From Eledone cirrhosa (lineage: Eukaryota): 64,000 nt of DNA. Positions within the stretch are counted from its first letter, which is position 1, and each line of letters opens with the position of its first letter. Under the pieces are notes generated by a model. The model was not told the DNA's origin, made no database searches, and worked only from the letters and a program-made list of their open reading frames with translations. Positions 1 to 12,672 of this stretch are shown here, piece after piece. The stretch lies in contig OZ024754.1 of assembly GCA_964016885.1 (NCBI GenBank), forward strand, positions 12,400,001 through 12,464,000, in the 5' to 3' direction. A program made the position numbers and the translations under genes.

Positions 1-49
1 CATAATGATAAACAAAGCTGCATTCAAAACATCAGCTGATATTATTGGC
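1..49 (-). CDS. Putative exon 11 (runs off the window) of an unidentified membrane-protein gene: (R)PIISADVLNAALFIIM
   Basis: Acceptor ttttgatgcag; open frame, phase 2, which matches the end phase of exon 19501-19535. Confidence 0.45.
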
Positions 50-244
50 CTGCATCAAAATAAGATTTTATTTGAAATAAAGGGTTTTGAAGGGTCATTC
101 ATAGTATGCTGTTTTCAAAACTCTTATTCATCCCCCCCTCCCATTAAATCTAGATTTAAAATTATGGTAATATATGTAGATTCTATACATTGTATGTATA
201 ATAGCTAAAAAGCTAAAATCTTATCATCACCCCCCTCTCTCTAC

Positions 245-248
<4 letters not shown>

Positions 249-324
<76 letters not shown>

Positions 325-554
325 TATATACATGTTTACATACGCACACTCATATATATAATGTCATACATTATATGTATTCATTTACATATATCTATGA
401 TATATATATAGATGACTGTGTGTTTATGTGCATGTATATACGTACACAAACATACATATATATATGTATATATATATACATATATATATATATGTATGAG
501 TGTGTGTTTGTGTGCATGTATATACGTACACAAACATACATATATATATGTATA

Positions 555-603
<49 letters not shown>

Positions 604-698
604 CATCTCTAGTTTGAATTGTCATAATATATCCATTATTTGCAATATTTATTTTCATAAATAATTTATTTTGCCAAATAATATATATAAATAGATAC

Positions 699-733
<35 letters not shown>

Positions 734-1048
734 CATATATATATATACATATACATATATATATATATATATATTTATATATATGTATATGTATATATAT
801 ATATGTGTGTATATATATGTATATATATATATGTATATATATGTATGTATTTATATATATTATTTGGCAAAATAAATTATATATATATATACATACACAC
901 ACATATCTATATATACACATATATATATATATACATACATATATATATATATATACATACACACACTCATATATATATACACACATGTATATATATACAC
1001 ACATATATATATATATATACATACACACACACATATATATATATATAT
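249..1048. repeat. (TA)n/(CA)n microsatellite region with an internal inverted repeat (661-700 vs ~840-880)
   Basis: Direct inspection; ataatttattttgccaaataat vs attatttggcaaaataaattat. Confidence 0.9.
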
Positions 1049-1164
1049 TGTTTGTTTTTTTATCAATCATTTTCCTTCTTTCTGATATATGTCTTTAGGA
1101 GCGAGGTTAAAGAGAAAATATGTGTTTGTGAAAGAAATAGTTGTTTAGTTCCATTATAGAGAGA

Positions 1165-2285
1165 AGCGGTGGATTGGCAGTATCGGTAGAGGGTCGGACG
1201 CCATGCTTTCCAGCATAGAGTTACGTCCCTTTACGATCTGAGTTCAAATCCCGCCGAGGTTGACTTTGCCTTTCATCCTTACGGGGTCGATAAAATAAAG
1301 TACCAGTAATGCACTGGGTAATTGCTGGCCTTGTGCCTAAAGTAAAAACAATTATAGAGAGAATCGGACGCCAAGCTTTGCAGCAAAGAGTTACGGCCCT
1401 TTATGGTCTGAGTTCAAATCCCGCCGAGGTTAACTTTACCTTTCATCCTTATGGGGTCGATAAAATCAAATCTGGGGTTAATTTAATTGTCTTTCCCCTC
1501 CCCCCAGGATTGCTGTGCTTGTGCCTAAAATCAGCGGTGGATTGGCAGTATCAGTAGAGGGTCGGACGCCATGCTTTCCAGCATAGTTACGACCCTTTAC
1601 GATCTGAGTTCAAATCCCGCCGAGGTTAACTTTGCCTTTCATCCTTACGGGGTCGATAAAATAAAGTACCAGTAATGTACTGAGATAATTGCTGGCCTTG
1701 TGCCTAAAATAGAAACAATTATTATTATTATTATTATTATGGGCGTTGGATTGGCAGTATCGGTAGAGGGTCAGATGCCATGCTTTGACGCAAAGAGTTA
1801 CGGCCCTTTCCATTCTGAGTTCAAATCCCACCGAGGTTAACTTTGCCTTTCATCCTTACGGGGGTCGATAAAATAAAGTACCAGTAATGTACTGGGGAGT
1901 CGATATAATTGCTGGCCTTGTGCCAATAGTAGAAACAATTATTATTATTATTGTGGATTGGCAATATCGGTAGAGGGTCGGACGCCATGCTTTGACGCAA
2001 AGAGTTACGGCCCTTTCCATTCTGAGTTCAAATCCCACCGAGGTTAACTTTGCCTTTCATCCTTACGGGGTCGATAAAATAAAGCACCAGTAATACACTG
2101 GGTAATTGCTGGCCTTGTGCCTAAAGTAGAAACAATTATTATTATTATTCTGAGTTCAAATCCCGCCGAGGTTAACTTTGCCTTTCATCCTTACGGGGGG
2201 GGGGGGGGGTCGATAAAATAAAGTACCAGTAATGTACTGGGGGTCGATATAATTGCTGGCCTTGTGCCAAAAGTAGAAACAATTA
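1165..2285 (+). mobile_element. Tandem cluster of about six tRNA-derived SINE copies (Meta/Nin-domain type, family S1)
   Basis: A-box TGGCAGTATCGG, B-box GAGTTCAAATCC, core tttcatccttacggggtcgataaaataaagtaccag, 3' gtagaaacaatt(att)n. Confidence 0.85.
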
Positions 2286-2521
2286 TAGAGAGATTGAGAG
2301 TTTATGGAAATGTTTAGCAGTGGAAAGAGATTTATTTTGGTAAAAATATTAGAAGCCAAACTAAAAACAAAATGGAGTTGTATAAAGAGGAGGAGGAGGA
2401 GGAGGAGGAGGAGGAGATTGTTGATTGCTTATTTTGATTGCTTAGAATGAAGCAGAAAACCAGTGGAATTTGTATAATGGACCGTATGAAGAGTCTCTCT
2501 CTAGCAATGGCTGTGTATCCA

Positions 2522-5400
2522 TCAGTGTCGTCAGTGTTGCCGTTGTCACCACCGCCGTTGTCACCACCGCCGTTGTCACCACCGTCGTTGTCATCACCGT
2601 CGTTGTCATCACCGTCGTTGTCATCACCGTCGTTGTCATCACCGTCGTTGTCATCACCGTCGTTGTCATCACCGTCGTTGTCATCACCGTCGTTGTCATC
2701 ACCGTCGTTGTCATCACCGTCGTTGTCATCACCGTCGTTGTCATCACCGTCGTTGTCATCACCGTCGTTGTCATCACCGTCGTTGTCATCACCGTCGTTG
2801 TCATCACCGCCGTTGTCACCACCGTCGTTGTCATCACCGTCGTTGTCATCACCGTCGTTGTCATCACCGTCGTTGTCATCACCGTCGTTGTCATCACCGT
2901 CGTTGTCATCACCGTCGTTGTCACCACCGTCGTTGTCATCACCGTCGTTGTCATCACCGTCGTTGTCATCACCGTCGTTGTCATCACCGTCGTTGTCATC
3001 ACCGTCGTTGTCACCACCGTCGTTGTCATCACCGTCGTTGTCATCACCGTCGTTGTCATCACCGTCGTTGTCATCACCGTCGTTGTCACCACCGTCGTTG
3101 TCATCACCGTCGTTGTCATCACCGTCGTTGTCATCACCGTCGTTGTCATCACCGTCGTTGTCACCACCGTCGTTGTCATCACCGTCGTTGTCATCACCGT
3201 CGTTGTCATCACCGTCGTTGTCATCACCGTCGTTGTCACCACCGTCGTTGTCATCACCGTCGTTGTCATCACCGTCGTTGTCATCACCGTCGTTGTCACC
3301 ACCGTCGTTGTCATCACCGTCGTTGTCATCACCGTCGTTGTCACCACCGTCGTTGTCATCACCGCCGTTGTCATCACCGTCGTTGTCATCACCGTCGTTG
3401 TCATCACCGTCGTTGTCATCACCGTCGTTGTCACCACCGTCGTTGTCATCACCGTCGTTGTCATCACCGTCGTTGTCACCACCGTCGTTGTCACCACCGT
3501 CGTTGTCACCACCGTCGTTGTCACCACCGTCGTTGTCATCACCGCCGTTGTCATCACCGTCGTTGTCATCACCGTCGTTGTCATCACCGTCGTTGTCACC
3601 ACCGTCGTTGTCATCACCGTCGTTGTCATCACCGTCGTTGTCACCACCGTCGTTGTCACCACCGTCGTTGTCACCACCGTCGTTGTCACCACCGTCGTTG
3701 TCATCACCGCCGTTGTCATCACCGTCGTTGTCATCACCGTCGTTGTCATCACCGTCGTTGTCACCACCGTCGTTGTCATCACCGTCGTTGTCATCACCGT
3801 CGTTGTCATCACCGTCGTTGTCATCACCGTCGTTGTCACCACCGTCGTTGTCATCACCGTCGTTGTCATCACCGTCGTTGTCATCACCGTCGTTGTCACC
3901 ACCGCCGTTGTCATCACCGTCGTTGTCATCACCGTCGTTGTCATCACCGTCGTTGTCACCACCGTCGTTGTCATCACCGTCGTTGTCATCACCGTCGTTG
4001 TCATCACCGTCGTTGTCATCACCGTCGTTGTCACCACCGTCGTTGTCATCACCGTCGTTGTCATCACCGTCGTTGTCACCACCGTCGTTGTCACCACCGT
4101 CGTTGTCACCACCGTCGTTGTCACCACCGTCGTTGTCATCACCGCCGTTGTCATCACCGTCGTTGTCATCACCGTCGTTGTCACCACCGTCGTTGTCATC
4201 ACCGTCGTTGTCACCACCGTCGTTGTCACCACCGTCGTTGTCACCACCGTCGTTGTCACCACCGCCGTTGTCATCACCGTCGTTGTCATCACCGTCGTTG
4301 TCATCACCGTCGTTGTCATCACCGTCGTTGTCATCACCGTCGTTGTCATCACCGTCGTTGTCACCACCGTCGTTGTCATCACCGTCGTTGTCATCACCGT
4401 CGTTGTCATCACCGTCGTTGTCATCACCGTCGTTGTCACCACCGTCGTTGTCATCACCGTCGTTGTCATCACCGTCGTTGTCACCACCGTCGTTGTCATC
4501 ACCGTCGTTGTCATCACCGTCGTTGTCACCACCGTCGTTGTCATCACCGCCGTTGTCATCACCGTCGTTGTCATCACCGTCGTTGTCATCACCGTCGTTG
4601 TCATCACCGTCGTTGTCACCACCGTCGTTGTCATCACCGTCGTTGTCATCACCGTCGTTGTCACCACCGTCGTTGTCACCACCGTCGTTGTCACCACCGT
4701 CGTTGTCACCACCGTCGTTGTCATCACCGCCGTTGTCATCACCGTCGTTGTCATCACCGTCGTTGTCATCACCGTCGTTGTCATCACCGTCGTTGTCACC
4801 ACCGTCGTTGTCATCACCGTCGTTGTCATCACCGTCGTTGTCACCACCGTCGTTGTCACCACCGTCGTTGTCACCACCGTCGTTGTCACCACCGTCGTTG
4901 TCATCACCGTCGTTGTCACCACCGTCGTTGTCACCACCGTCGTTGTCACCACCGTCGTTGTCATCACCGCCGTTGTCATCACCGTCGTTGTCATCACCGT
5001 CGTTGTCATCACCGTCGTTGTCACCACCGTCGTTGTCACCACCGTCGTTGTCATCACCGTCGTTGTCACCACCGTCGTTGTCATCACCGTCGTTGTCACC
5101 ACCGTCGTTGTCACCACCGTCGTTGTCACCACCGTCGTTGTCACCACCGTCGTTGTCATCACCGCCGTTGTCATCACCGTCGTTGTCATCACCGTCGTTG
5201 TCACCACCGTCGTTGTCATCACCGTCGTTGTCACCACCGTCGTTGTCACCACCGTCGTTGTCATCACCGTCGTTGTCACCACCGTCGTTGTCATCACCGT
5301 CGTTGTCATCACCGTCGTTGTCACCACCGTCGTTGTCATCACCATCGTTGTCATCACCGTCGTTGTCATCACCGTCGTTGTCATCACCGTCGTTGTCATC
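2522..5400. repeat. 15-bp minisatellite (CACCGTCGTTGTCAT/C), roughly 190 copies
   Basis: Direct tandem periodicity; it explains the 1010-1220 aa pseudo-ORFs. Confidence 0.95.
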
Positions 5401-5948
5401 ATCATCATTGTCATCGTCATCGTCGTCGTCATTATCATCATCATCAACATCATCATCATCATCATCATAACCACCACCACCACCACCACCATCATCGTCA
5501 TCATCGTCATCATCGTCATCATCATCTTCATCACCACCACCACCACCACCACCACCACCACCACCACCACCACCACCACCACCACCATCATTATCATCGT
5601 CATCATCATCATCCTCATAACCACCACCACCACCATCATCGTCATCACCATCACCATCATCATCATCTTCATCATCATAACCACCACCACCATCATCATT
5701 ATCATCGTCGTCATCATCATCATCATCATCATCACCGTCGTTGTCATCATCAACGTCACCGTCATCACCATTGTCATTATTATCATCATCATCATCATCA
5801 TTATCATCATCACCGTTGTCATCATCATCTTCATCTTCATCATCATCGTTGTCATCATCGTCATCGTTTTCATCATCATCATCGTTGTCATCATCATCAT
5901 CATCGTTGTCATCACCGTCATCATCATCATCATCATCATCATCGTTGC

Positions 5949-5980
<32 letters not shown>

Positions 5981-6030
5981 CCGTTGTTTTCATCATCATC
6001 ATTATCATCATCATCATCAGCATCAGCATC
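5401..6030. repeat. (CAT)n/(CAC)n trinucleotide microsatellite
   Basis: Direct inspection. Confidence 0.95.
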
Positions 6031-6792
6031 GTTTGGCGTCCCCTTTCCCTGCTAACAATGACTGGATGGGTCTTCTTCACAGATTGGTCAGTACTCAATA
6101 CTGACCTTCAGGTGGAACAAGGGTGGGGTTAGACATATGATCCTGCTTTCTACACAGTCTATCTTATTGTGGCTTTGATACTAAGAAAGTTGACATGTCC
6201 TTGGTGCAGCTGAAGAGTCCTCCTTTGTTTGGCAAGCTTTCTAAAGCTGCATGCCCTTCCTATCACCAGCCACTTTACAGAATGTACTGGGTGTATTTAG
6301 CATCCCAGAGAGGCTCGCAGCCCACATTTTCACTTACATATGGTCTCACGCTCTACCAAGTCCATTTTATCATGGTGCAAGCACTAGGGAGTTTGTCATG
6401 TTTTGTCACAACTGGTGGGGACTCATCACCTTTTTTTTTTTTTTAGCAAGCTTTCTACAGCTGGATGCCCTTCCTATCACCAGCCACTTTACAGAATGTA
6501 CTGAATGCTTTCTCGTGTAGTCCACCAACACTAGAGAGGCTGTGACACCGTCAACACAACTAAATGGTTCTCTCAACCCTTTTGGCATGAATTCCACAGC
6601 AAAGGCTTTACCTCACGTAATTACCTCACAACCTTACCCATCGCCAAATACTTTACAGAGTGTACTGGGTGCAGTTTTCTGGTGCAACATTAAAGAGGTT
6701 GTTAGTTATTGTTGCACTTGAAGAGCTTACAATAAAGAAGAAGAAGAAGAAAGAGAGAGAGAAAGAAAATAAATAAATAAAGAAAGAAAGAG

Positions 6793-6835
<43 letters not shown>

Positions 6836-6842
6836 GATTCAG

Positions 6843-6875
<33 letters not shown>

Positions 6876-7352
6876 AATAAATAAAGAAAGAGAGAGAGAA
6901 AGAAAGAGAAATAAAGAAACTAAGAGAAGATGGCAAGTTTACAATCAGTAAGTCTTTGACTTAGAATTTAGTATCTGGCAAACATTTAAGTCTGCTTGAA
7001 AGTTTATTGCAATTGTAAGTTAGTAAAATACGTGACTGATAGATTGGTATATATATATATATATGTAAGACAAGTGTAAGTTAGTGAAATATATGACTTA
7101 TAGATTGGTATATATATGTAAGACAAGTGTAATGCAACACTTCCTACATCTTTGTCTTGACTATATTCCAGAAGTCTACAGTGATTGTAATGGAGACAGC
7201 AATACAGATCGTTTTATTCCTGTATGTATACCTCAACCTGTAATTCATTAAGGAGTTGTAGACAAGGCTGAACTTGCCCCTGCTGAAGCCCTAAAATATA
7301 TGAAATTTGAGCCCCTTCCCTAAAAAAATATAATTATTATTTTGTATATTAA

Positions 7353-7573
7353 CCCTTTACCATTCACATTACTCTATATTTACTATTGTATTTTCATGGT
7401 AAAGACTTTACCTCACTTAATTGTCTCACATAATATCGAATCTATGAGATTTTGATATTATATATGTTGAGAACAATACCTTAACATCAGTATGAGCAGC
7501 TGGTAACAACCGGTTTGAACAGAAAGAGGTGAGGGAATTCTGGCTGGATATGGTCGGTTTAAATGCTAAAGGG
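7353..7573. mobile_element. piggyBac-type MITE
   Basis: TTAA|CCCTTTA...TAAAGGG|TTAT termini; homologous copies at 51618-52042 and 56281-56501. Confidence 0.75.
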
Positions 7574-7599
7574 TTATGTTAATGATAAAAATAAATTTA

Positions 7600-8118
7600 T
7601 ATATGTATGTGTATAAAAAAGTGCAGGGCAATGAAAATTGATGGAAGCTGCGGAGTGGGTAGACCAAGAAAAACCTGGGGCGAGGTGATAAAAACTGACC
7701 TTGCCCACCTACACCTCTCTAAGACAATGTCACTGGATCGAGACCTTTGGCGCCATGCAGTTGTACAGAAGACCAGACCCCCATTGCATACAAACCTACA
7801 GTCAGTAGGCACCTCTTAATTCAATGTACACCCCTCCACCACACCCTACCCCATCCTTCCTCTCCGTTCCGTCCACTGTGTCGATGACACAACAGTCCAC
7901 ACTGTAAGGTGGCCATGTAGGAGACACGGTGAAAAGGCTCCCAGTCCACACTGTAAATGTGGTTGGTGTTGGAAAGGGCATCAAGCTGTAAAAAAACCTG
8001 CCAGAGATGCTTCCATGCGAATAAGACATGGTCTCCCAACCATTCCCGCATCAAATGGAACAAAACCGTCTAACCTATGCTAGCGTGGAAGATGGACATT
8101 AAACGATGATGATGATGA
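7600..8118 (+). mobile_element. RTE-clade LINE 3' fragment (ORF C-terminus plus SINE-shared 3' tail)
   Basis: CIKKCRAMKIDGSCGVGRPRKTWGEVIKTDL...DRDLWRHAV is a typical RTE C-terminus; ends ggacattaaac(gat)n. Confidence 0.8.
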
Positions 8119-8149
8119 TATATATATATATATTTATATATATTTAAAT

Positions 8150-8362
8150 ATGTAATAAACAACACAATATAATTATTCCATTACCTAAGGTCTTATGGTT
8201 TCTATTTGATGAACAGCTTCAGACACCTCTGTTAGAATCGTCTGACTTCGTGAAACCTTGAGTAATGGAATCATTATATTGAGTTGTTTATTACATAATT
8301 AACTAGCTCTGTACTATACATAGAGCACTCTTCTTTCCTTTACCTTTTCCACGGAAATACTT

Positions 8363-8367
<5 letters not shown>
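8150..8367 (+). mobile_element. Short fold-back Penelope-type remnant, family A (second copy 60985-61225)
   Basis: Inverted arms 8150-8190/8256-8296; flanked by (TA)n; contains a hammerhead motif. Confidence 0.6.
8200..8270 (+). ncRNA. Type I hammerhead ribozyme-like motif (C3U variant)
   Basis: Stem I TTCTAT/ATGGAA; core TTGATGA; stem II includes TCAGAC/GTCTGA; GAAA; GUA cleavage triplet. Confidence 0.55.
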
Positions 8368-8393
<26 letters not shown>

Positions 8394-8397
<4 letters not shown>

Positions 8398-8826
8398 ATA
8401 ATAATAAATTTGAAGACTAAAATCCAAAGAGGGCTCGATAAGGATAAATATATATCAAATATATAAGAACCGTAGAGCAAATATTTATTAAAATAACAGA
8501 TTAAAGTTTAAGCAAAGAATCGCTGCTTTCACCCTTAACGAGATCTTCTGAAACTAACAAAGTCAATCTGTAAACGCAGAAGTGGATATTTAAAAAAATT
8601 GTTTTTCACCGCTCCTATTAACGACGTATTATATTCGTTTTTTCCCGTTCTTTGCCAGGGAACGTTTCCACGAACCAAAGTATTGTCTTCCTGTCTTCCT
8701 CTGGTTGCAACGTTTTTTGAAATATCCACTTCTGCGTTTACAGATTAACTTTGTTAGTTTCAGAAGATCCCGTTAAGGGTGAAAGCAGCGATTCTTTGCT
8801 TAAACTTTAATCTGTTATTTTAATAA

Positions 8827-8830
<4 letters not shown>
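8394..8830 (-). mobile_element. Fold-back insert in (TA)n, family B (other copies 54570-54767 and 25527-25623)
   Basis: Inverted arms of ~105 bp (8484-8590 / 8721-8827); dispersed copies; TA-flanked. Confidence 0.65.
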
Positions 8831-8869
<39 letters not shown>

Positions 8870-9213
8870 GAGGTTATATTTAATTTGTTGGGATACAACA
8901 AGCAAAATATTTTTATAACTGTTATAAAGCACTCAACAAAGCATTAAATAAAGAAAAACAACTTCATAGGCCAGGATTACCTAAGAAATCTCAAAAATAA
9001 TATAGAAAGCTTTGAAAAAACGGAAAAAATTCTAGTCAAGTCAGATAAAACCAACAATCTCTATGGAATGCAAAAGGATATTTATAGCGATCTTATATTA
9101 AAGGAATTAAGGAAGAAATACAAAAAACAACCTATGACGACCTTGAAAAATTGAATACAGAAGCTTCTTACATAATGCAGGAATTAGGCATTGAAAATAG
9201 GACATAATCCTTC

Positions 9214-11076
9214 ATGCCAAGGAAACCAAAAATTAATATGAAGGACCATAAAAGGAATTTTGAAATTGAATTACCAGTTAGATTAATTGCGCCATCTAAA
9301 TCGGACCTTGGCATACTTAGCAAGAACGTTTTAAACAGAATCATACCACAAATTAAAGAATTATCTTATTTAAAATTATGGAAAGGAACTAACGAAGTTA
9401 TCGACTGGTTTAAAGGCATTAAATATAACTATAATAATAAGTTTATTCAATTGGATATTGCTAATTATTACTCATCCATCACTCCTAATCTACTTAATAA
9501 AGCCCTAACATATGCATTTAAACATACAGACTTAACTAGTAATGAAATGCGCATCATCTTAACTACACGGGGCAGTATCGGTAGAGGGTTGGACGCCATG
9601 CTTTCTAGCATAGTTACGTCCCTTTACAGTCCGAGTTCAAATCCCGCCGAGGTTAACTTTGCCTTTCATCCTTACGGGGTCGATAAAATAAAATACCAGT
9701 AATGTACTGGGTAATTGCTGGCCTTGTGCCAAAAGTAGAAACAATTAATTAAATTTAACAACCACCTCTGGACTAGAGCAGACAGAGATAATAATTTCGA
9801 TATTACTATGGGGTCATCCGATTCCGCCCAAATAACGGATCTTGTGGGGCTTTTTATTAATAATACTCTACATAGAAAAATACCGGAGATGACCGGGGGT
9901 TTATATCGCGACGATATGCTATTACTTATAGAAAATAATAATAACTGTGAAATAAATAAGAAAAGAAAAGAAATTATACAATTTTTTAATTACCTTAATC
10001 TTAAAGTAGAAGTAGAGAATAATTATAAAATAGTTAACTTTCTAGATGTAACTTTAAACCTTAACACAGGTCTTTATTATCCATTTCACAAAATAAACGA
10101 GAACTTAAACTACGTTAATTTGAATTCCAATCACCCAAGATCCGTTAAAAACACTATAGTAAACTCTGTGCAGCAACGTATTTCTAGAATTTCAGCTAAT
10201 AAGAATATTTTTGAAGATAAAGCGCAATATTATAACGAAGCGTTAGGTAGAGCTGGATATAGTAATACAATTAAATACATTGATAATAATGATATGACAA
10301 ATAACCACAATTTTAACAACTATAATAGAAAACCTTACAATAATTCGAAAAACAAAAAAAGAAATAGAACTAGGAATATATTATGGTTCGCTCCTCCTTT
10401 CTCATTAAGTATTAAAACTCCTATTGCTAAATTATTCTTTAAAGCTCTAGATAAATGCTTCCCTAGAACACATAGGTATTACTCAATATTTAATAGACAT
10501 ACTATAAAATTAACGTATTCAACCGGCAGTAATTTAGCGCAGAATATTAATAGAATTAATAATAGAAACTTAAAACCTAACCAGACTACCATTAATAACC
10601 CCAGCAATATCCAACTGAATAATACGGCTCATAGAAACTTAAATTTAGATAAATGTAACTGTAGAAATAAATCTAACTGTCCGTTAAATAACAGTTGTTT
10701 AGTTAAAAATATAGTATATAATTGTAATGTAAAAACTAATTTAAATTCATTTAATTACGTAGGCTCTACCTCCACAGATTTTAAGTCCCGTTTTAATAAC
10801 CATAAATGGTCTTTTACGAATATAAATAAAACATCTTCAACTTCTCTATCTAATTTATTATGGGACCTAAAATCAAAGAACACTAACTATTCTTTACTTT
10901 GGAATATTATCTCCAAAGCTCCTCCATTCAATGCTTCTTCTGAAAATTGTGCTCTTTGTATAGAGGAAATATTCTTTATATTAAAAGCTAAGAATTCTGT
11001 TAATTTAAGGAATAGTCTTTTCAGTTCTTGCAAACATAGATTGAACTCAACATTTAAATATATATATAAAATGTAA
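9214..11076 (+). pseudogene. Penelope RT-GIY-YIG ORF interrupted by a SINE
   Basis: ORFs 9214-9569 and ~9748-11076 read as one protein (..RIILTTR|..IKFNNHLWTR..DITMGS) once the SINE is removed; stops and frameshifts lie upstream. Confidence 0.85.
9570..9746 (+). mobile_element. 5'-truncated S1 SINE inserted in the Penelope ORF
   Basis: Near-identical to the S1 copies at 1165-2285. Confidence 0.9.
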
Positions 11077-11347
11077 TACATAACTCATCTTTATTAAACC
11101 TATCGATAATTCATTAGATTCCTTCATATGACTGCTTATAACTCTCTTAAAAGAACATTTTTTTCTTGAAAACTTTTCTTGATAAACGTACTGAAAGATT
11201 TGAAGAAGGATTTTTTTTTGAAAATTCCTATGATGGGTATAAGGAAATTATAATTCATAATTCATATTTTATACTGTGTATTTTATTTTCTATATTCTTA
11301 TATTTTATATTGTATATTTTATATTTATGTATTTTTCAAATGCTTAA

Positions 11348-11378
<31 letters not shown>

Positions 11379-12358
11379 CAAGATGTTTATATATATATAA
11401 AATTTATACTTGAAATATACTCTATAGATATACTATTATGAAAGAGTTTTTTATGGTTTATGCTTTGGATATATTCCTATGAAGACATTTTAAATGTTAA
11501 GACGTTATCGCAAACAAATTTATGTTTTAACAGTCATAACTGTATAACAGGTAGACTTATAACATTATAACTTGCTATAAAATAACATAAGATTCATACT
11601 CTAATTACATTATTAAGATGGAAAATTAAATTTTTTAACATCTTAACTTTATAGCATTTAATCCTTAGAGTTATCTAAATTATTAATAAATCGCTAGCAA
11701 TTTCCTTTACGCCCTATTGCTATTACAAATAAGTGATTATTCTTCTGTAAACTCTCGGAATTCCCATGGGCTTAAACATTTTTTTTTAAAATAATTAATT
11801 AATAATTAATAAAATTATATATGGTTTTGTAATAATAACATATTTTCTAATAATATATATTTTAATAATATATATTCTTTAATAATATATAGGTCTCAAT
11901 TTTAATAATTTAAACATACACATTTAAACTACGGATTGAATTGATAAATTAGTAATTAAACATTTAATCAAATTTATTAATTAAACATTAGATAAAATTC
12001 TTCAACTTATCATTATAAAGAATCCGGATATTATTTATCCATGCTTTTATTTACTGTTTATCCATGCTACGGTATTCATCCATGCTATATTCATTTCTTC
12101 GCCTCTTCTCTCAAAATTACTCTATTCTCTCTCACTTAAATATACTCAGGTTTTTTCTCTTTTTTTTTCTCTTTCTTTCTTTTTTTCCCTATTCCAACGG
12201 CTTAATTTAAATATACTGTTATTTAAACCTCTCCGACATTAATTTGCATAATAAACCAACAATAAATCTAATAACTCCACTATCCAGGAGATTCCAACCA
12301 GAATGGTTGTATTTTTCAGGGTATGTCAATATTTATTTATAAAACTAACCTATATTAT

Positions 12359-12422
12359 ATTTTATCTGATGAAAGCACACCATAGTTTGCCTTGGTGGCC
12401 CTTGAAATATGTATAATGAAAT
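12359..12422 (+). ncRNA. Type I hammerhead ribozyme at the 3' end of the Penelope element
   Basis: Stem I ATTTTAT/ATGAAAT; CTGATGA; stem II AAG..CACCA/TGGTG..CTT; GAAA; self-complementary stem III ATATGTAT; AUA triplet; AATAAA immediately after. Confidence 0.8.
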
Positions 12423-12483
12423 AAATATGGTTTTATAAATATAGTTTCCATTTGTTAATATATTGTGTATATATATATATATA

Positions 12484-12672
12484 TAACAAAGGAATTGTGG
12501 TAAGGAACCAAATGGACCATAACTCACCAGAGTACTCAATACTTAGGGTAGTAGAGTGGGAAATAGGAAAAAAAGTATGACCCCGACGGCAGAGCTGAAG
12601 CCGTTTCAACGAGTCCAAAAATAGCCGTCGAAACGGCTTGAGCTCTGCCGTCGGGGTCATACTTTTTCCTAT
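12484..12672 (-). mobile_element. Fold-back insert in (TA)n, family C (copies 17526-17724 and 61977-62143)
   Basis: Arms GAAAAAGTATGACCCCGA..GCCGTTTC / GAAACGGC..GGGGTCATACTTTTTC; three dispersed copies. Confidence 0.7.

Larger units (their letters stand above)
8867..12470 (+). mobile_element. Penelope-like retroelement (RT + GIY-YIG endonuclease; Cys-rich linker, Nematis/Neptune-like), 5'-truncated and disrupted
   Basis: FIQLDIANYYSSI, MGSSDSAQITDLVG and GLYRDD RT motifs; CNCRNKSNCPLNNSC linker; IVY...YVGST...RFNNH GIY-YIG; long AT-rich 3' region with a hammerhead; (TA)n on both sides. Confidence 0.92.

Noticed and set aside
2438-6132. 1010-1220-aa ORFs (SSPSL, VVVIT and MTTTV repeats)
   Set aside because: Translations of a stop-free 15-bp minisatellite, open on both strands, with no unique domain
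2446-7220. Possible plus-strand exons at ~2446-2514 (NEAENQWNLYNGPYEESLSSNG) and 7171-7220
   Set aside because: Splice sites are plausible, but the frame is ambiguous, no protein is recognisable and no supporting chain was found
11174-11206. TTGATAA..GAAA hammerhead-like string in the Penelope 3' UTR
   Set aside because: Stem II cannot form (acgtact); likely chance in AT-rich sequence
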